From positions 1 to 43,795 of the forward strand of contig JAUVZA010000003.1 of NCBI GenBank assembly GCA_030602805.1: a DNA stretch of 43,795 nt. Reading direction: 5' to 3'. The notes under the pieces were generated by a model, which saw nothing but the letters and a program-made list of their open reading frames with translations, did not search any database and had not been told where the DNA came from. Positions 1-9,996 of the stretch are shown here, in pieces (position 1 is the first letter of the stretch; each line of letters starts with the position of its first letter). Position numbers and translations under genes: made by a program. This DNA is from Dehalococcoidia bacterium. GTDB lineage: Bacteria > Chloroflexota > Dehalococcoidia > Dehalococcoidales > JAUVZA01.

Positions 1-273
1 AAACATACTCAGGGCATCGCCGATTAGACCAGCGACTAAAGGCACCTTATAACCTACCCTATCAATTAACCGACCAAACAGGATATTGGCCGGGGTATTG
101 GTTATGGAATATAGACCGATAATAAGCCCGATAATGCCAACACTGGCACCAAGCCCAGAGGCATAAAGAGCCATAACCGGTATAAGCAAGGTAGTATCAA
201 GAAAGCCAAGGAAGGTTACAACAGAGGTAATGGGTAAGACCCTTTTAGTTTGCAGTTGCTTTAATTCGTTCAT
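1..273 (-). CDS. MFS transporter, N-terminal part (runs off window start)
   Basis: Manual translation from ATG at 273: MNELKQLQTKRVLPITSVVTFLGFLDTTLLIPVMALYA...FGRLIDRVGYK; hydrophobic helices and MFS motif A. Not in the ORF track. Confidence 0.85.
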   Translation of the reverse strand, partial: MNELKQLQTKRVLPITSVVTFLGFLDTTLLIPVMALYASGLGASVGIIGLIIGLYSITNTPANILFGRLIDRVGYKVPLVAGLIGDALSMF

Positions 274-315
274 TCTGTGTTGCTGGTATAATAACATATA
301 TAAGAGACTCATTGT

Positions 316-426
316 GAAGTTGTTTATTAAGGGATTAAAAGGGGCGAAGCCCCTTTAAGAAATTCCAGTCCCTCTCCCCTTATGAAGGGGAGAGGGACTA
401 AGGGTGAGGGGTTGGTAAATAATCCT
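316..426 (+). repeat. MITE/REP-like element, subfamily A, copy 1
   Basis: Hairpins AGGGGC-GAA-GCCCCT and AGTCCCTCTCCCCTT-ATG-AAGGGGAGAGGGACT; near-identical to the reverse complement of 13645-13756; flanks CTCATTGT (308-315) and CTCCTTGT (427-434) match 7/8. Confidence 0.85.
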
Positions 427-487
427 CTCCTTGTTCAACCTGCTCCGGCTTGATATAATGGAGCCAATCCATTTAGGTTTACTATAA

Positions 488-1624
488 GTGAGAAAATCTA
501 ATCTAAACACCTCACCCTATCACCGGATAGTGGTTAAGCTTGGCACCAGCCTGCTCACTGGCGGTAGTGACCATCTGAATGAGAATATAATGTCAAGCCT
601 AGTAGCTCAGGTGGCGCAGCTTCATCGGCAGGGTCTGGAACTGCTCGTAGTCTCTTCCGGAGCTATAACCGCCGGCAGGTATAAACTGGGACTGACCAAG
701 AAGCTCAGAGGTATTCCTTTCAGGCAGGTATTCTCTTCAGTGGGGCAAGGTCGCCTGATGCTGACTTATGAGCAACTGTTCAGCCGGCATAATATTACTG
801 TAGCTCAGGCTTTGCTGACCAAGGCTGACCTTTCCGACCGGGCTGGCTATCTGAATGCCCGCAATACCCTTTTGGCTTTGCTGGAGCTTCGGGTATTGTG
901 TATTGTCAATGAGAATGATGTGGTGGCGGTGGATGAGATTCAGGAGGCTAAATTTGGCGATAACGATAACCTGTCAGCTATGGTAGCTAATCTGGTTGAT
1001 GCTGACCTGTTGTTACTTCTTACTGATATTGCCGGACTATATACTGCTGACCCCCGCCGTGACCATGATGCCCGTCTTATTCCACATGTGGAGAGGATAG
1101 ATTCAAAGATTGAGCAGTTGGCGGCCGATACGGCTGGCAGCCTTGGTATCGGTGGTATGATGACCAAAATAGAGGCAGCCAAGCTGGCTACTGCCTCCGG
1201 GATAACCGTAGTTATTGCCGATGGTGGAGAGCCGGATGTTATTGTAAAGCTAGCCGCTGGTGAGGCTATAGGCACCTGTTTTTGGCCACTTACCGATAAG
1301 CTTGAGAGCCGCAAGCGCTGGATGGTTAGTGGTCTTTCTACCCGAGGTGGGCTGGTGGTAGATTCCGGGGCAGCCCGGGCGTTGAGAAAGCAGAACCGAA
1401 GCCTGCTGGCAACTGGGATTAAGAAAGTTGAGGGCGATTTTCAGCGGGGTGATGTGGTAACTGTCTATGACCACAAGGGGGCTATACTTGGCTGTGGCAT
1501 AACCAACTATAGCTCATCTGATATTGGCATTATTAAAGGCGCTCATTCCAAGAAAATTGCCACCCTCCTTGGCTATGACTACGGCTCCGAAGTAGTGCAC
1601 CGCAATAACCTGGTGGTATTATAG
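488..1624 (+). CDS. proB: glutamate 5-kinase
   Basis: VVKLGTS, VSSGAI, NENDVV, FGDNDNLSA, GGMMTK motifs; C-terminal PUA domain; proA downstream. Confidence 0.97.
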   Translation: MRKSNLNTSPYHRIVVKLGTSLLTGGSDHLNENIMSSLVAQVAQLHRQGLELLVVSSGAITAGRYKLGLTKKLRGIPFRQVFSSVGQGRLMLTYEQLFSRHNITVAQALLTKADLSDRAGYLNARNTLLALLELRVLCIVNENDVVAVDEIQEAKFGDNDNLSAMVANLVDADLLLLLTDIAGLYTADPRRDHDARLIPHVERIDSKIEQLAADTAGSLGIGGMMTKIEAAKLATASGITVVIADGGEPDVIVKLAAGEAIGTCFWPLTDKLESRKRWMVSGLSTRGGLVVDSGAARALRKQNRSLLATGIKKVEGDFQRGDVVTVYDHKGAILGCGITNYSSSDIGIIKGAHSKKIATLLGYDYGSEVVHRNNLVVL

Positions 1625-1635
1625 ATTTAAAGAAA

Positions 1636-2295
1636 ATGAATGACATTATCACAAATATGCGAACTAATTTGGAAAAAGCACATGTGCTAGGTATTCCAGA
1701 GTATATAAAGAATCTACAGGCTATTTCCGATAGTTTGGAAGGCTTTCGCCTTGAGGATAAAGCAGCACTCATGTTTGCCAGAGCGGGTTGTAGTGTGACT
1801 ATTAGAAAGCGAGCAGAACCTCCTGACTTAACTCTCAGATTCAACAGTGAACAATCCTATGCAGAAGTGAAGCACTTTAGAATGAAGGGTCAAGATAGAA
1901 TTGACGCTGCTAAAATGAGTGAGCCAGGTGATGAACTAGAACTCTATGGCGATACAGTTCCACTAGAAGGTAAGCCTGCTTGGGAGCAGGTTTATAATGT
2001 GGCTAAAAAGAAGATAACGCAATATACGGAACACGCCCCTAATATCTTGGTCATTGAGAGTAGCAGCACTAGTATTGAATATACAGAGATAGATACGGCA
2101 ATAGGTAAGATTAACGAAGACGTTCGTTCCGGCAAATGTCAGGGATTCGCCAAACTAAATGGCATTTTATTGACGTCGGATTGGAATAATATCTCTCAAC
2201 AATGGCGAAATGTATTCTTTTACTGCACAAGCAATCCTGCTGTTTCGCTTAGTCGGGAAGTTTCCAGTTTGCTTGATAAGATTTGTTTTGGCTAA
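1636..2295 (+). CDS. hypothetical protein, possible PD-(D/E)XK nuclease fold, inserted between proB and proA
   Basis: 219-aa ORF with PPDL...AEVK motif; AT-richer than the pro genes. Confidence 0.6.
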   Translation: MNDIITNMRTNLEKAHVLGIPEYIKNLQAISDSLEGFRLEDKAALMFARAGCSVTIRKRAEPPDLTLRFNSEQSYAEVKHFRMKGQDRIDAAKMSEPGDELELYGDTVPLEGKPAWEQVYNVAKKKITQYTEHAPNILVIESSSTSIEYTEIDTAIGKINEDVRSGKCQGFAKLNGILLTSDWNNISQQWRNVFFYCTSNPAVSLSREVSSLLDKICFG

Positions 2296-2320
2296 CTGAT
2301 GTCGGCCAGCTAATAAAATC

Positions 2321-2408
2321 AGGGTGTTAGAGGGGCGAAGCCCCTCTCAAAAAATACTTCCCCTTCCCCTGGGGAAGGGGATAAAGGGGATGGGGTTACC
2401 ATATAAAA
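2321..2408 (+). repeat. MITE/REP-like element, subfamily B
   Basis: GAGGGGC-GAA-GCCCCTC hairpin, CCCCTTCCCC/GGGGAAGGGG hairpin, ends GGTTACCATATAAAA; homologous to the reverse complement of 5731-5824. Confidence 0.8.
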
Positions 2409-2428
2409 TGCTAATAGGAGTTTGAGAT

Positions 2429-3703
2429 ATGGAATCAGCAGTTGAAGAACTCAAAGAAAAGGGTAGGGCAGCTAAGGCAGCGTCTCGGCGGATGGCTTAC
2501 CTGCCAACTGAAGTCAAGAATCAAGCTTTACATAATGTTGCCGATGACCTGCTAGCTAAAAAGGATGAAGTCCTGGCAGCCAATCAAATTGACTATAAGG
2601 AAGCTGAGGCATCAGGGATGAATGCGGCTATGCTTGACCGCTTGTTCCTATCATCCAGCCGCCTTGAGTCTATAGCTCAGGATGTGCTGGCGGTGGCAGC
2701 TCTTCCTGACCCGGTGGGAGAGGTATTTGATATGCGAACCCTGCCTAATGGCTTGCTGATAGGTAGGAAGCGGGTTCCATTGGGTGTAATCGGGGCTATC
2801 TATGAGAGCCGACCCAACGTTACTATAGATATCTCTGTCCTTTGCCTGAAGTCAGGTAATGCCATTATCCTCAGGGGTGGCAGGGAGGCAATTCGCTCCA
2901 ATAGCGCCTTAGCTGAGGTGGTTCAGGAAGCCTGTAAACGGGCTGGAGTGCCTGATGGGGCAGTAAACTTTATTGAGAATACTGACCGAGCCCTGGTTAA
3001 TCACCTGCTTAAGATGGGGGACATTATTGACCTGCTTATTCCTCGAGGTGGAGCCGGGCTGATAAAATTTGTCACCGAGAATGCGGCTATGCCCGTGGTT
3101 AGCGGCGGGGTGGGTGTTTGTCATACCTATGTTGATAAGAGTGCTGATGTGGCTAAGGCGGTGGCTATCGCTTTTAATGCCAAGGTGCAGCGACCCACAG
3201 TATGCAATGCTTTGGATACTTTGCTGGTTCATGCTGCTCTTGCTCAGCGCTACCTACCCATAATAGCTGCTGAGTGGGCAGAGGCTGGGGTAGAGATGCA
3301 CTGTGATGAGCGGGCTTTGTCCATCCTTAAATCAAGTCCTTCATTGAAGCTGGTGCCAGCTACGGACGAGGATTGGGGCAAAGAGTTTCTGTCACTGGTG
3401 GCAGCGGTCAAGGTGGTGGATTCTCTGGATGAGGCGCTGGAGCATATTGAGCGCTATGGCTCAGGGCATTCTGAGGCTATTGTCACTGAAGGGTATCAGC
3501 CAGCAATGCGCTTTCTTAATGAGGTGGATGCTGCCTGTGTCTATGTTAATGCCAGCACCCGGTTTACTGATGGCGGTCAGTTCGGACTGGGGGCTGAGGT
3601 AGGCATTAGCACTCAGAAAATGCATGCTCGCGGTCCGTTAGGGGTAAAGGAATTGACTACCTATAAGTGGATTATTTTCGGTAGTGGGCAGGTAAGACCT
3701 TGA
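2429..3703 (+). CDS. proA: gamma-glutamyl phosphate reductase
   Basis: IYESRPNVT, CNALDTLLVH, NASTRFTDGGQFGLGAEVGISTQKMHARGP motifs. Confidence 0.97.
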   Translation: MESAVEELKEKGRAAKAASRRMAYLPTEVKNQALHNVADDLLAKKDEVLAANQIDYKEAEASGMNAAMLDRLFLSSSRLESIAQDVLAVAALPDPVGEVFDMRTLPNGLLIGRKRVPLGVIGAIYESRPNVTIDISVLCLKSGNAIILRGGREAIRSNSALAEVVQEACKRAGVPDGAVNFIENTDRALVNHLLKMGDIIDLLIPRGGAGLIKFVTENAAMPVVSGGVGVCHTYVDKSADVAKAVAIAFNAKVQRPTVCNALDTLLVHAALAQRYLPIIAAEWAEAGVEMHCDERALSILKSSPSLKLVPATDEDWGKEFLSLVAAVKVVDSLDEALEHIERYGSGHSEAIVTEGYQPAMRFLNEVDAACVYVNASTRFTDGGQFGLGAEVGISTQKMHARGPLGVKELTTYKWIIFGSGQVRP

Positions 3704-3729
3704 GTGTCTAGGCTGAAGTCAATAGCTAT

Positions 3730-4881
3730 CTATTTGTAGAGAAAGTAAATTGCAGGAAAGTTGGCCAGGATTCCCACAATAGCTCCAATTTGAAACACTG
3801 AGCCAATACCAAAGTGGTCCATAGTGTAGCCAAACACCAGAGGACCGATTACCATTCCCAGACTCATAACACTCCTGGAAATGCCCATTACTGAGCCCAT
3901 CCCGCTATACTTATTGCCCAATTCTACATTGAGAGCCATCACCGCTGCTCTAGCAACGGCACCTAATATTGCCGTTGGCAGCAACATGGCAAGCAACATT
4001 CCACCAGCAGGCATATGGGGGATAAAAAAGACAAAGATAGGAGCAGTAATACTGCCAATTACTATTAGTCTCTTCTTGTTAAGCCGGTCAGCCAGAGGCC
4101 CAAGTAGCCCCTGGGCGAACGCACCGCTCAACATAAAAATAGAAAGCACTGCCCCTATGCCTGTCACACTCATCCCCATAGTAGAAACCGCCAGTAGGGG
4201 TAGAAAAGCAGAGATGCCCTGCCTGTAGAAAGCTCGGCTAGCTAGGGAAAGGCTTATTGCTTTGACCTTATTATCTCGTATTATTGTCTTTAATGGGGCG
4301 CTAGGAGCTTTTTTACTCCGTTCAGAAGACGATTCAACGGTAGGAACGAGGAGAATAAGCAGGATGAGAGCCAAGGCGGTGAACCCAGCCATAGCGTAGA
4401 AGCCGGCATTCATGTAAAAGGTATCGGCTAGAAACCCGCCCAGAAATGGTCCGGACCCCATCCCGAGGAACATTGACATAGAGAAAAGGTTCATGTAGGT
4501 ACCCTCTCGCCCCTTGGGGATGAGGTCGCCGATGTAGGCGTGAGCTATAGGTATAACCATAGCTGAGGCTACTCCGTGGAGAAGTCGGACGGAGGTCAGC
4601 ATATACATATTAGAGGCCCAGGCGTAAGAGAGGGATATGATGGTGTAAGCAAGCAGACCCAGGCCGATAAATATCTTCCGACCCCTGCGGTCGGAAAGCC
4701 TGCCCATGATAGGCATGAATATCGTCCGCGATAGAGCAAATCCTGAATACATGAGACCTAGCCACAGGCCAGAGGCACCCATGCTCTCTGCATAGAGGGG
4801 CATAAGGGGAGATATGATGCCCATGCCCAGCACGGCGGTAAAGACAACGGCAAATAAAGTTATAAATGCCTTTTTATTCAT
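3730..4881 (-). CDS. MFS transporter
   Basis: About 12 hydrophobic segments; motif A GRLSDRRGRK and GPLADRLNKK. Confidence 0.92.
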   Translation of the reverse strand: MNKKAFITLFAVVFTAVLGMGIISPLMPLYAESMGASGLWLGLMYSGFALSRTIFMPIMGRLSDRRGRKIFIGLGLLAYTIISLSYAWASNMYMLTSVRLLHGVASAMVIPIAHAYIGDLIPKGREGTYMNLFSMSMFLGMGSGPFLGGFLADTFYMNAGFYAMAGFTALALILLILLVPTVESSSERSKKAPSAPLKTIIRDNKVKAISLSLASRAFYRQGISAFLPLLAVSTMGMSVTGIGAVLSIFMLSGAFAQGLLGPLADRLNKKRLIVIGSITAPIFVFFIPHMPAGGMLLAMLLPTAILGAVARAAVMALNVELGNKYSGMGSVMGISRSVMSLGMVIGPLVFGYTMDHFGIGSVFQIGAIVGILANFPAIYFLYK

Positions 4882-4935
4882 AAAAGCCTTATAAGTTGAT
4901 TATCTTCAGTAGCGGGCAGGCGCATCCCGAGATAC

Positions 4936-5667
4936 TTATCTTGCCCTTGGCGCCTCCAGGGCAGCTTGTTGGATTTGAAACAGTTGCTTGATGCCCTTTT
5001 CGGCTAGAGAGAGTAGGGAATCAATAGTCTCCTTAGTGAAGGGTTTGGCCTCAGCCGTGCCCTGAACCTCAACAAATTCCCCTTTGCTGGTCATCACCAC
5101 ATTGAAGTCAACCTCAGCTTTGCAGTCTTCATCGTAGCATAGGTCTAATAGCCGATAGCTATGCACGATGCCGACGCTGGTGGCAGCTACCGCACTCTTT
5201 AGGGGTATAGATGATATTACACCCATATTGGCTAGGGTTTGCATTGCTTGATGTAGGGCTAGATAAGAGCCAGTAATGGCGGCAGTTCTGGTGCCACCAT
5301 CTGCCTGTAATACATCACAATCTACAATTAGAGTTCTCTCCCCTAGTGCATTAAGGTCGGTTACTGCCCGCAGCGAGCGCCCGATGAGGCGCTGGATTTC
5401 CTGGCTTCTACCAGCAACCCTGCCCAGCGACGAATCACGAGGAGTGCGGGTAACCGTGGAGCGGGGCAGCATGGCATATTCAGCGGTAATCCAGCCACTG
5501 CCTTCTCCTCTGAGGAAGCCTGGTACCCTCTCCTCCACACTAACCGAGCACAGCACCCGGGTTTTTCCTAGTTCTATTAGGGCTGAGCCTTCAGCGAAAC
5601 TCTGGACCCCAGGAGTTATTTGTATCGGTCGCAGCTCATCCCAGGCACGACCGTCGGCTCGTTTCAC
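4936..5667 (-). CDS. rph: ribonuclease PH
   Basis: [41 protein letters not shown]; start moved to GTG 5667 behind an AGGAGG RBS. Confidence 0.96.
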   Translation of the reverse strand: MKRADGRAWDELRPIQITPGVQSFAEGSALIELGKTRVLCSVSVEERVPGFLRGEGSGWITAEYAMLPRSTVTRTPRDSSLGRVAGRSQEIQRLIGRSLRAVTDLNALGERTLIVDCDVLQADGGTRTAAITGSYLALHQAMQTLANMGVISSIPLKSAVAATSVGIVHSYRLLDLCYDEDCKAEVDFNVVMTSKGEFVEVQGTAEAKPFTKETIDSLLSLAEKGIKQLFQIQQAALEAPRAR

Positions 5668-5730
5668 TAGGTCTCCTCCTAGAGATGTGTCTTTGAGTAT
5701 AGCATTGATAGGTGGTAATGGCAATTAAGC

Positions 5731-5824
5731 TTTTATTTGGTAACCCTCCCCTTTATCCCCTTCCCCTTGATAAGGGGAAGGGGAAGATTTTATAAAGAGG
5801 GGCTTCGCCCCTCTTAAACACCCT
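5731..5824 (-). repeat. MITE/REP-like element, subfamily B
   Basis: Reverse complement AGGGTGTTTAAGAGGGGCGAAGCCCCTCT...GGTTACCAAATAAAA aligns with 2321-2408. Confidence 0.8.
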
Positions 5825-5882
5825 TTCTTAGTTAGCGACTAGGTTGCATACTCTTAGTAAGGCACTACAGTGGAGGTTAAAG

Positions 5883-6395
5883 ATGGACAGTGTATGGAAT
5901 ACCATTGGCGTGATACTAGCTACCGGCGTGGTAATGGTCTTAGGTTATTGGGCACAGCATTATTGGACGGGTAAACGTGAAATAAGTAGTGCTAGAAGAA
6001 AGTACAGAGAGCGTGTTATCATCCCAATAAAAGAAACTTTAACAAAACTTGGGACTAATTTAGAGTGGAGCAAGTTTATGGATACTGTGCACAAGGCTAA
6101 GGAGGAAGACAGTTCGATAGACACGGAAGAAGTGCGAGAGTTAGAAGAGTCTATAAAGTCCACGAGACGAAGTAGCATGATTGAAACACTTACAGAAACA
6201 ATACCTTTAATCGCTACCATTACTAATGAGGATACAAGGGGATTTTTACGAGGGGTATTTCTTGAATCTGCTGTCATTTCTCCAGTTCTTTCTGAAGAAC
6301 TTAAAAGGAAACTTCATGTTACTGATGAAGATATCAGGGCGAAATTGAATTTGACTTATAAGAAACTGGAAGACTATGTTGCTCTAGCTGACTAG
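5883..6395 (+). CDS. hypothetical membrane-anchored protein
   Basis: GGAGG RBS before ATG 5883; N-terminal TM helix followed by a charged helical region; flanked by repeats. Confidence 0.7.
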   Translation: MDSVWNTIGVILATGVVMVLGYWAQHYWTGKREISSARRKYRERVIIPIKETLTKLGTNLEWSKFMDTVHKAKEEDSSIDTEEVRELEESIKSTRRSSMIETLTETIPLIATITNEDTRGFLRGVFLESAVISPVLSEELKRKLHVTDEDIRAKLNLTYKKLEDYVALAD

Positions 6396-6444
6396 GGGTA
6401 AAATAGCTATTATGAGCGGAAGCCCCTCTTAAACGCCCCCTCTT

Positions 6445-6600
6445 GCGGTTATTTAGTAAAGGGGTTAAAAGGGACGAAAGTCATCATAAGAAGATGTTCA
6501 TATTATAATTCTCTTCCCCCTCCCTTCATAAGGGAGGGGGATAAAGGGGGTGGGTTACTTAATAGAAACCTAAAGGGTGAGGGGTTGATAAAACTACCTC
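6445..6600 (+). repeat. MITE/REP-like element, longer degenerate subfamily A copy (preceded by a subfamily-B fragment at 6422-6444)
   Basis: Left end GCGGTTATTTAGTAAAGGGGTTAAAAGGG, internal CCCCCTCCCTT-CAT-AAGGGAGGGGG hairpin, right end AAAGGGTGAGGGGTTGATAAAACTACCTC. Confidence 0.7.
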
Positions 6601-6642
6601 TTTCTTAGTAGATAACATCTAAGTCGTGAGCTTTGACCCTCT

Positions 6643-7599
6643 GTGGTGGGGGCTGGTAGAATGGGGGCTGTGAATATCAGCCCGGAAATCATTAGCCTGA
6701 TAGAAGAACTCAGGAATGACAGAACTCACGGTGCCAGCCAGTTGGCAAGGCGGGCAGCGAAGGTATTAAAGATTGCGGCTGAGCATAGCCAGGTAGATAG
6801 CGCTGAGCAGTTTTTGCTGGAGCAGAGAGAAATAGGAGAGAGGTTAATGTCGGCTCATCCAGCTATGGCACCGGTATTTAATATCGTCAACGGTTTGCTT
6901 AACACTATAGCTGGTAAAGCTACGGAGATGGAATTAGATTCAATTAGGCGCTTTACCATGTCTAGGGCTGATGAAGTAACCAGAGGTTCATTAGAGGCTA
7001 TAGCTCAGATTGCGAAATATGGCTCTGAGCTGATTGCTGGCGGCGACAGAATAATGACTCATAGCTATAGTTCAACAGTGGTGGCAGTGCTAAAGGCAGC
7101 CTTTACTAAACATAGGGATATTGAGGTGATTATTACCAGGTCGGGTCCAGGCGGCACTGGTGAGAGGATTGCCCGAGAGCTTGAGCTTTATGGAATACCA
7201 AGTACCTTTATTGATGATGCGGCTATGGGGTTTTATGTGTCAACGGTAAATAAGGTTATGGTCGGTGCCGACAGAGTATGCGCTGATGGCAAAATTGTTA
7301 ATGGAATAGGCACTTATCAACTAGCCCTAGTTGCTGAGAGAGCCAGCATTCCTTTTTATGTATTATGTGAGACGCTTAAATTTGACCCTAGGCTAAGGAG
7401 TGATGCGGTTGATTTGGAGGAGAAAGAGCCATCGGAGGTTGTTGGAGCGGGGAGGTTGCCGCCGGGGGTTAAGGTTAAAAACCCTTACTTTGACATTACC
7501 CCGCTGGAGCTGATTACCGGAATAGTTACCGAGAATGGTTTGCTTATGTCAGAAGAAGTTACCGGTTATATGCAAAAGTATCTAATTAAAGATAACTAG
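6643..7599 (+). CDS. eIF-2B alpha/beta/delta family protein (ribose-1,5-bisphosphate / MTR-1-P isomerase-like)
   Basis: DRTHGAS, MTHSYSSTV, VGADRV, NGIGT, NPYFDITP motifs; true start may be 6661 or 6670. Confidence 0.88.
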   Translation: MVGAGRMGAVNISPEIISLIEELRNDRTHGASQLARRAAKVLKIAAEHSQVDSAEQFLLEQREIGERLMSAHPAMAPVFNIVNGLLNTIAGKATEMELDSIRRFTMSRADEVTRGSLEAIAQIAKYGSELIAGGDRIMTHSYSSTVVAVLKAAFTKHRDIEVIITRSGPGGTGERIARELELYGIPSTFIDDAAMGFYVSTVNKVMVGADRVCADGKIVNGIGTYQLALVAERASIPFYVLCETLKFDPRLRSDAVDLEEKEPSEVVGAGRLPPGVKVKNPYFDITPLELITGIVTENGLLMSEEVTGYMQKYLIKDN

Positions 7600-8004
7600 C
7601 TACTTATATACCCTGGCTAGGGTCTCCTTGAGCATAGGCACGGTCTGATAGTTATCTATATCTTTGGGTGCTATCCACTTCATCTCTTTGTGTTCCCAGT
7701 CGATTTTGATTTTACCTCGGTCTTTTATGTGAAAAAGATAAGGGTGAACCATCCATTTAACGCCGAGCTTTTCATCTTCAATCAGTAAAGGTTTCCCCCT
7801 TTTTACTAATTTAAGGTCTTCCCCACACAGGCTGGTTTCCTCTTCCATTTCTACTAGAGCTTGCTCGTCGGCAGTCGTCTCTACATAGCCACTAACCCCT
7901 GCCCATCTTCCTTGATAGCTACCAACCTGCTGGCTGCGGCGCAAAATAAGTATCTCCCCATCAGATTCAAGGAAGCAGGTAACAACCCGTTTTTCCTGTA
8001 GCAT
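7600..8004 (-). CDS. NUDIX hydrolase
   Basis: WAGVSGYVE...ALVEMEEET Nudix-box variant; DWEH motif. Confidence 0.85.
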   Translation of the reverse strand: MLQEKRVVTCFLESDGEILILRRSQQVGSYQGRWAGVSGYVETTADEQALVEMEEETSLCGEDLKLVKRGKPLLIEDEKLGVKWMVHPYLFHIKDRGKIKIDWEHKEMKWIAPKDIDNYQTVPMLKETLARVYK

Positions 8005-8019
8005 GATTTATCATTCAGC

Positions 8020-8499
8020 CTATTTTAAACTTATCAGGTATTCTTTTAACCAGCTTAGGGCTGCCTCGGCAGCGTCTAGCTTGTTTTGCTCTCGGTTTCC
8101 CTGGAAGTTGTGTTTCCGGCTGTAGGTTATAGCCTGATGTGATAATCCAATATAGAATAGCCCCACTGGTTTCCCCGGGGTAGCCCCGCTAGGTCCAGCA
8201 ATACCAGTATCAGCTAGACATATATCTGCGGCTAGTATTTTTCTGCCGCCCTGTGCCATCTCCTCAGCCACTTGGTAGCTAACGGCACCATATTTGTTGA
8301 TGCTATCCTCTTTCACCCCGACTACTTTAATCTTGACTTCATTGGTATAAGCAGTAACCGACCCTTTATAGTAGTCAGAGCTACCAGGGACATTGGTTAT
8401 CAGGTGGGATATTAGCCCTCCAGTGGCTGATTCAACTATCCCCAGGGTTAGCCCTTTTTGACGAAGTAGGTTACCTACCTCTTGCTCTAGGTTTGCCAT
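8020..8499 (-). CDS. pncC: CinA C-terminal domain protein (NMN deamidase, PncC-like)
   Basis: ESATGG, GSSDYY, GAVS, TGIAGPSG...KPVG motifs. Confidence 0.88.
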   Translation of the reverse strand: MANLEQEVGNLLRQKGLTLGIVESATGGLISHLITNVPGSSDYYKGSVTAYTNEVKIKVVGVKEDSINKYGAVSYQVAEEMAQGGRKILAADICLADTGIAGPSGATPGKPVGLFYIGLSHQAITYSRKHNFQGNREQNKLDAAEAALSWLKEYLISLK

Positions 8500-8758
8500 G
8501 GCTTATATAAACCTTCCCATTAGCCGGTATATCGTTTTTTCATCTATCTCGTTACTACCTTGACTAAGTCTGTGCATTATCTGCTCAACTGCCTGATGCT
8601 TGCGTAAATTATAGAGGTCATCCAGTTGTGTGTCATTTTCCAGGGTAAAATTATAGGATTATTTGCCAGCTTGTTGAATTATATAGGAACTATGGGATAA
8701 AATGAAACGAGGAAGTGTCCAACACGGCTCGGATGATAAATAAGAAGGGGGTTATATT

Positions 8759-8947
8759 ATGGGAATGTCAGCTTTGATTCTTGGTATTCTCGGTGGGCTG
8801 TGCGCTGTGATGGGTATTATTACTGCGACAGCGGTAATCCCAGAATTTGCTGAACTCTCCTGGGTGTTCTGGATGGTGCTAAGCGGAATTTTACTTTTAG
8901 CATCTATCGCTTTTACCGTTGGTCGCGGCGGTGGCGGCTATGAATAG
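8759..8947 (+). CDS. small two-TM membrane protein
   Basis: Two hydrophobic helices; AAGGGGG RBS-like sequence upstream. Confidence 0.65.
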   Translation: MGMSALILGILGGLCAVMGIITATAVIPEFAELSWVFWMVLSGILLLASIAFTVGRGGGGYE

Positions 8948-9790
8948 CTAAGCTTTTCTCCTTCTACGGCGACGCCAGTAGATAATCCCAAGTATAGTTC
9001 CCCAGATGGGTATGAAAATTAAAACCCAGAGGGCTATAGTGCCTAGCCATTGCCCGAAGATAACAATGCCTCGGACAGCGGATTTGAGTGCTTCAAGAGC
9101 GCTCCAACCGGCACGAACTAATGGCTTGGCAGTAACTTCAGGCTCGAGACGCACTGAAATTAAGGACATTGATGAGGTTCGTTCTAGATACTGCATCCGA
9201 CCTTTGATTTGCTCAATCTCACGCCGTACCTGATGTAGAAGTTCATAAATTCTAATGGCGTCTTCTACCTTAGCTTCCTCCAGGAGTGCCAGGTATTGGC
9301 TCTCTGTGGCTTCGGCATTCTTGAGCCTGGATTGGAGGTCAATATACTCCTCAGTTACATCTCGGCTATCAGTGCTCTCTGAGGTTACCCTTACTGCTAG
9401 GTTTCTAAGTTCGGCTAGTGCCTGTTCAAATTTGTCATCAGGCACCCGAATGGAAATCCATCCCCTCATATCTTGCTCTTCGCCTGAAATTCGGGACGAT
9501 ACTACATAGCCGTCAAACCTTACTGCTAGCTGGGCTATCTCATCCCGGGCATCGACTATATCTTCCACCACCAGTGACATATCTCCGTTGCGGACAATCA
9601 TCCGCTCTTCTTCTATTGATGGCAAAGCCTCAGTCCCAGCCTCCTTATAGACCTCAGGTGGCGCTACTGGTCCTTCTGGCATTACTACTGGCATTGTTTC
9701 CACTATTGTTTCCACTGATGGTGCCTTGGCACAGGCAACCGGCACCAGCAGCAAAGTAACTAGCATTAGTCCTATTATCAGCCTTTTCAT
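8948..9790 (-). CDS. DUF4349-type lipoprotein
   Basis: Lipobox VAC, ISIRVP, DVTEEYIDLQSRL coiled coil, C-terminal TM and basic tail; AGGAGG RBS. Confidence 0.85.
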   Translation of the reverse strand: MKRLIIGLMLVTLLLVPVACAKAPSVETIVETMPVVMPEGPVAPPEVYKEAGTEALPSIEEERMIVRNGDMSLVVEDIVDARDEIAQLAVRFDGYVVSSRISGEEQDMRGWISIRVPDDKFEQALAELRNLAVRVTSESTDSRDVTEEYIDLQSRLKNAEATESQYLALLEEAKVEDAIRIYELLHQVRREIEQIKGRMQYLERTSSMSLISVRLEPEVTAKPLVRAGWSALEALKSAVRGIVIFGQWLGTIALWVLIFIPIWGTILGIIYWRRRRRRKA

Positions 9791-9996
9791 AAAGTAACCT
9801 CCTGCTTATTATCTATACTATACTATAACGCAGATGGAATGAAAAGGTTAGTATGATTTATTGTTGTGGTCGCTAAATTTGGAGACTGATATGCAATAGG
9901 TGCAAAGTGTGGTGGCTAGATGGATGGTCAATACACAGATTTCAATAAGCCGAAGGCAATTAACCTGTCCGTGCGGGATATAATAATATAGCTATT

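Noticed and set aside
3722-9995. ATAGCTAT palindrome near three gene ends (3722, 6403, 9988)
   Set aside because: TAGCT-containing words are very frequent in this sequence; cannot be separated from compositional bias without statistics.
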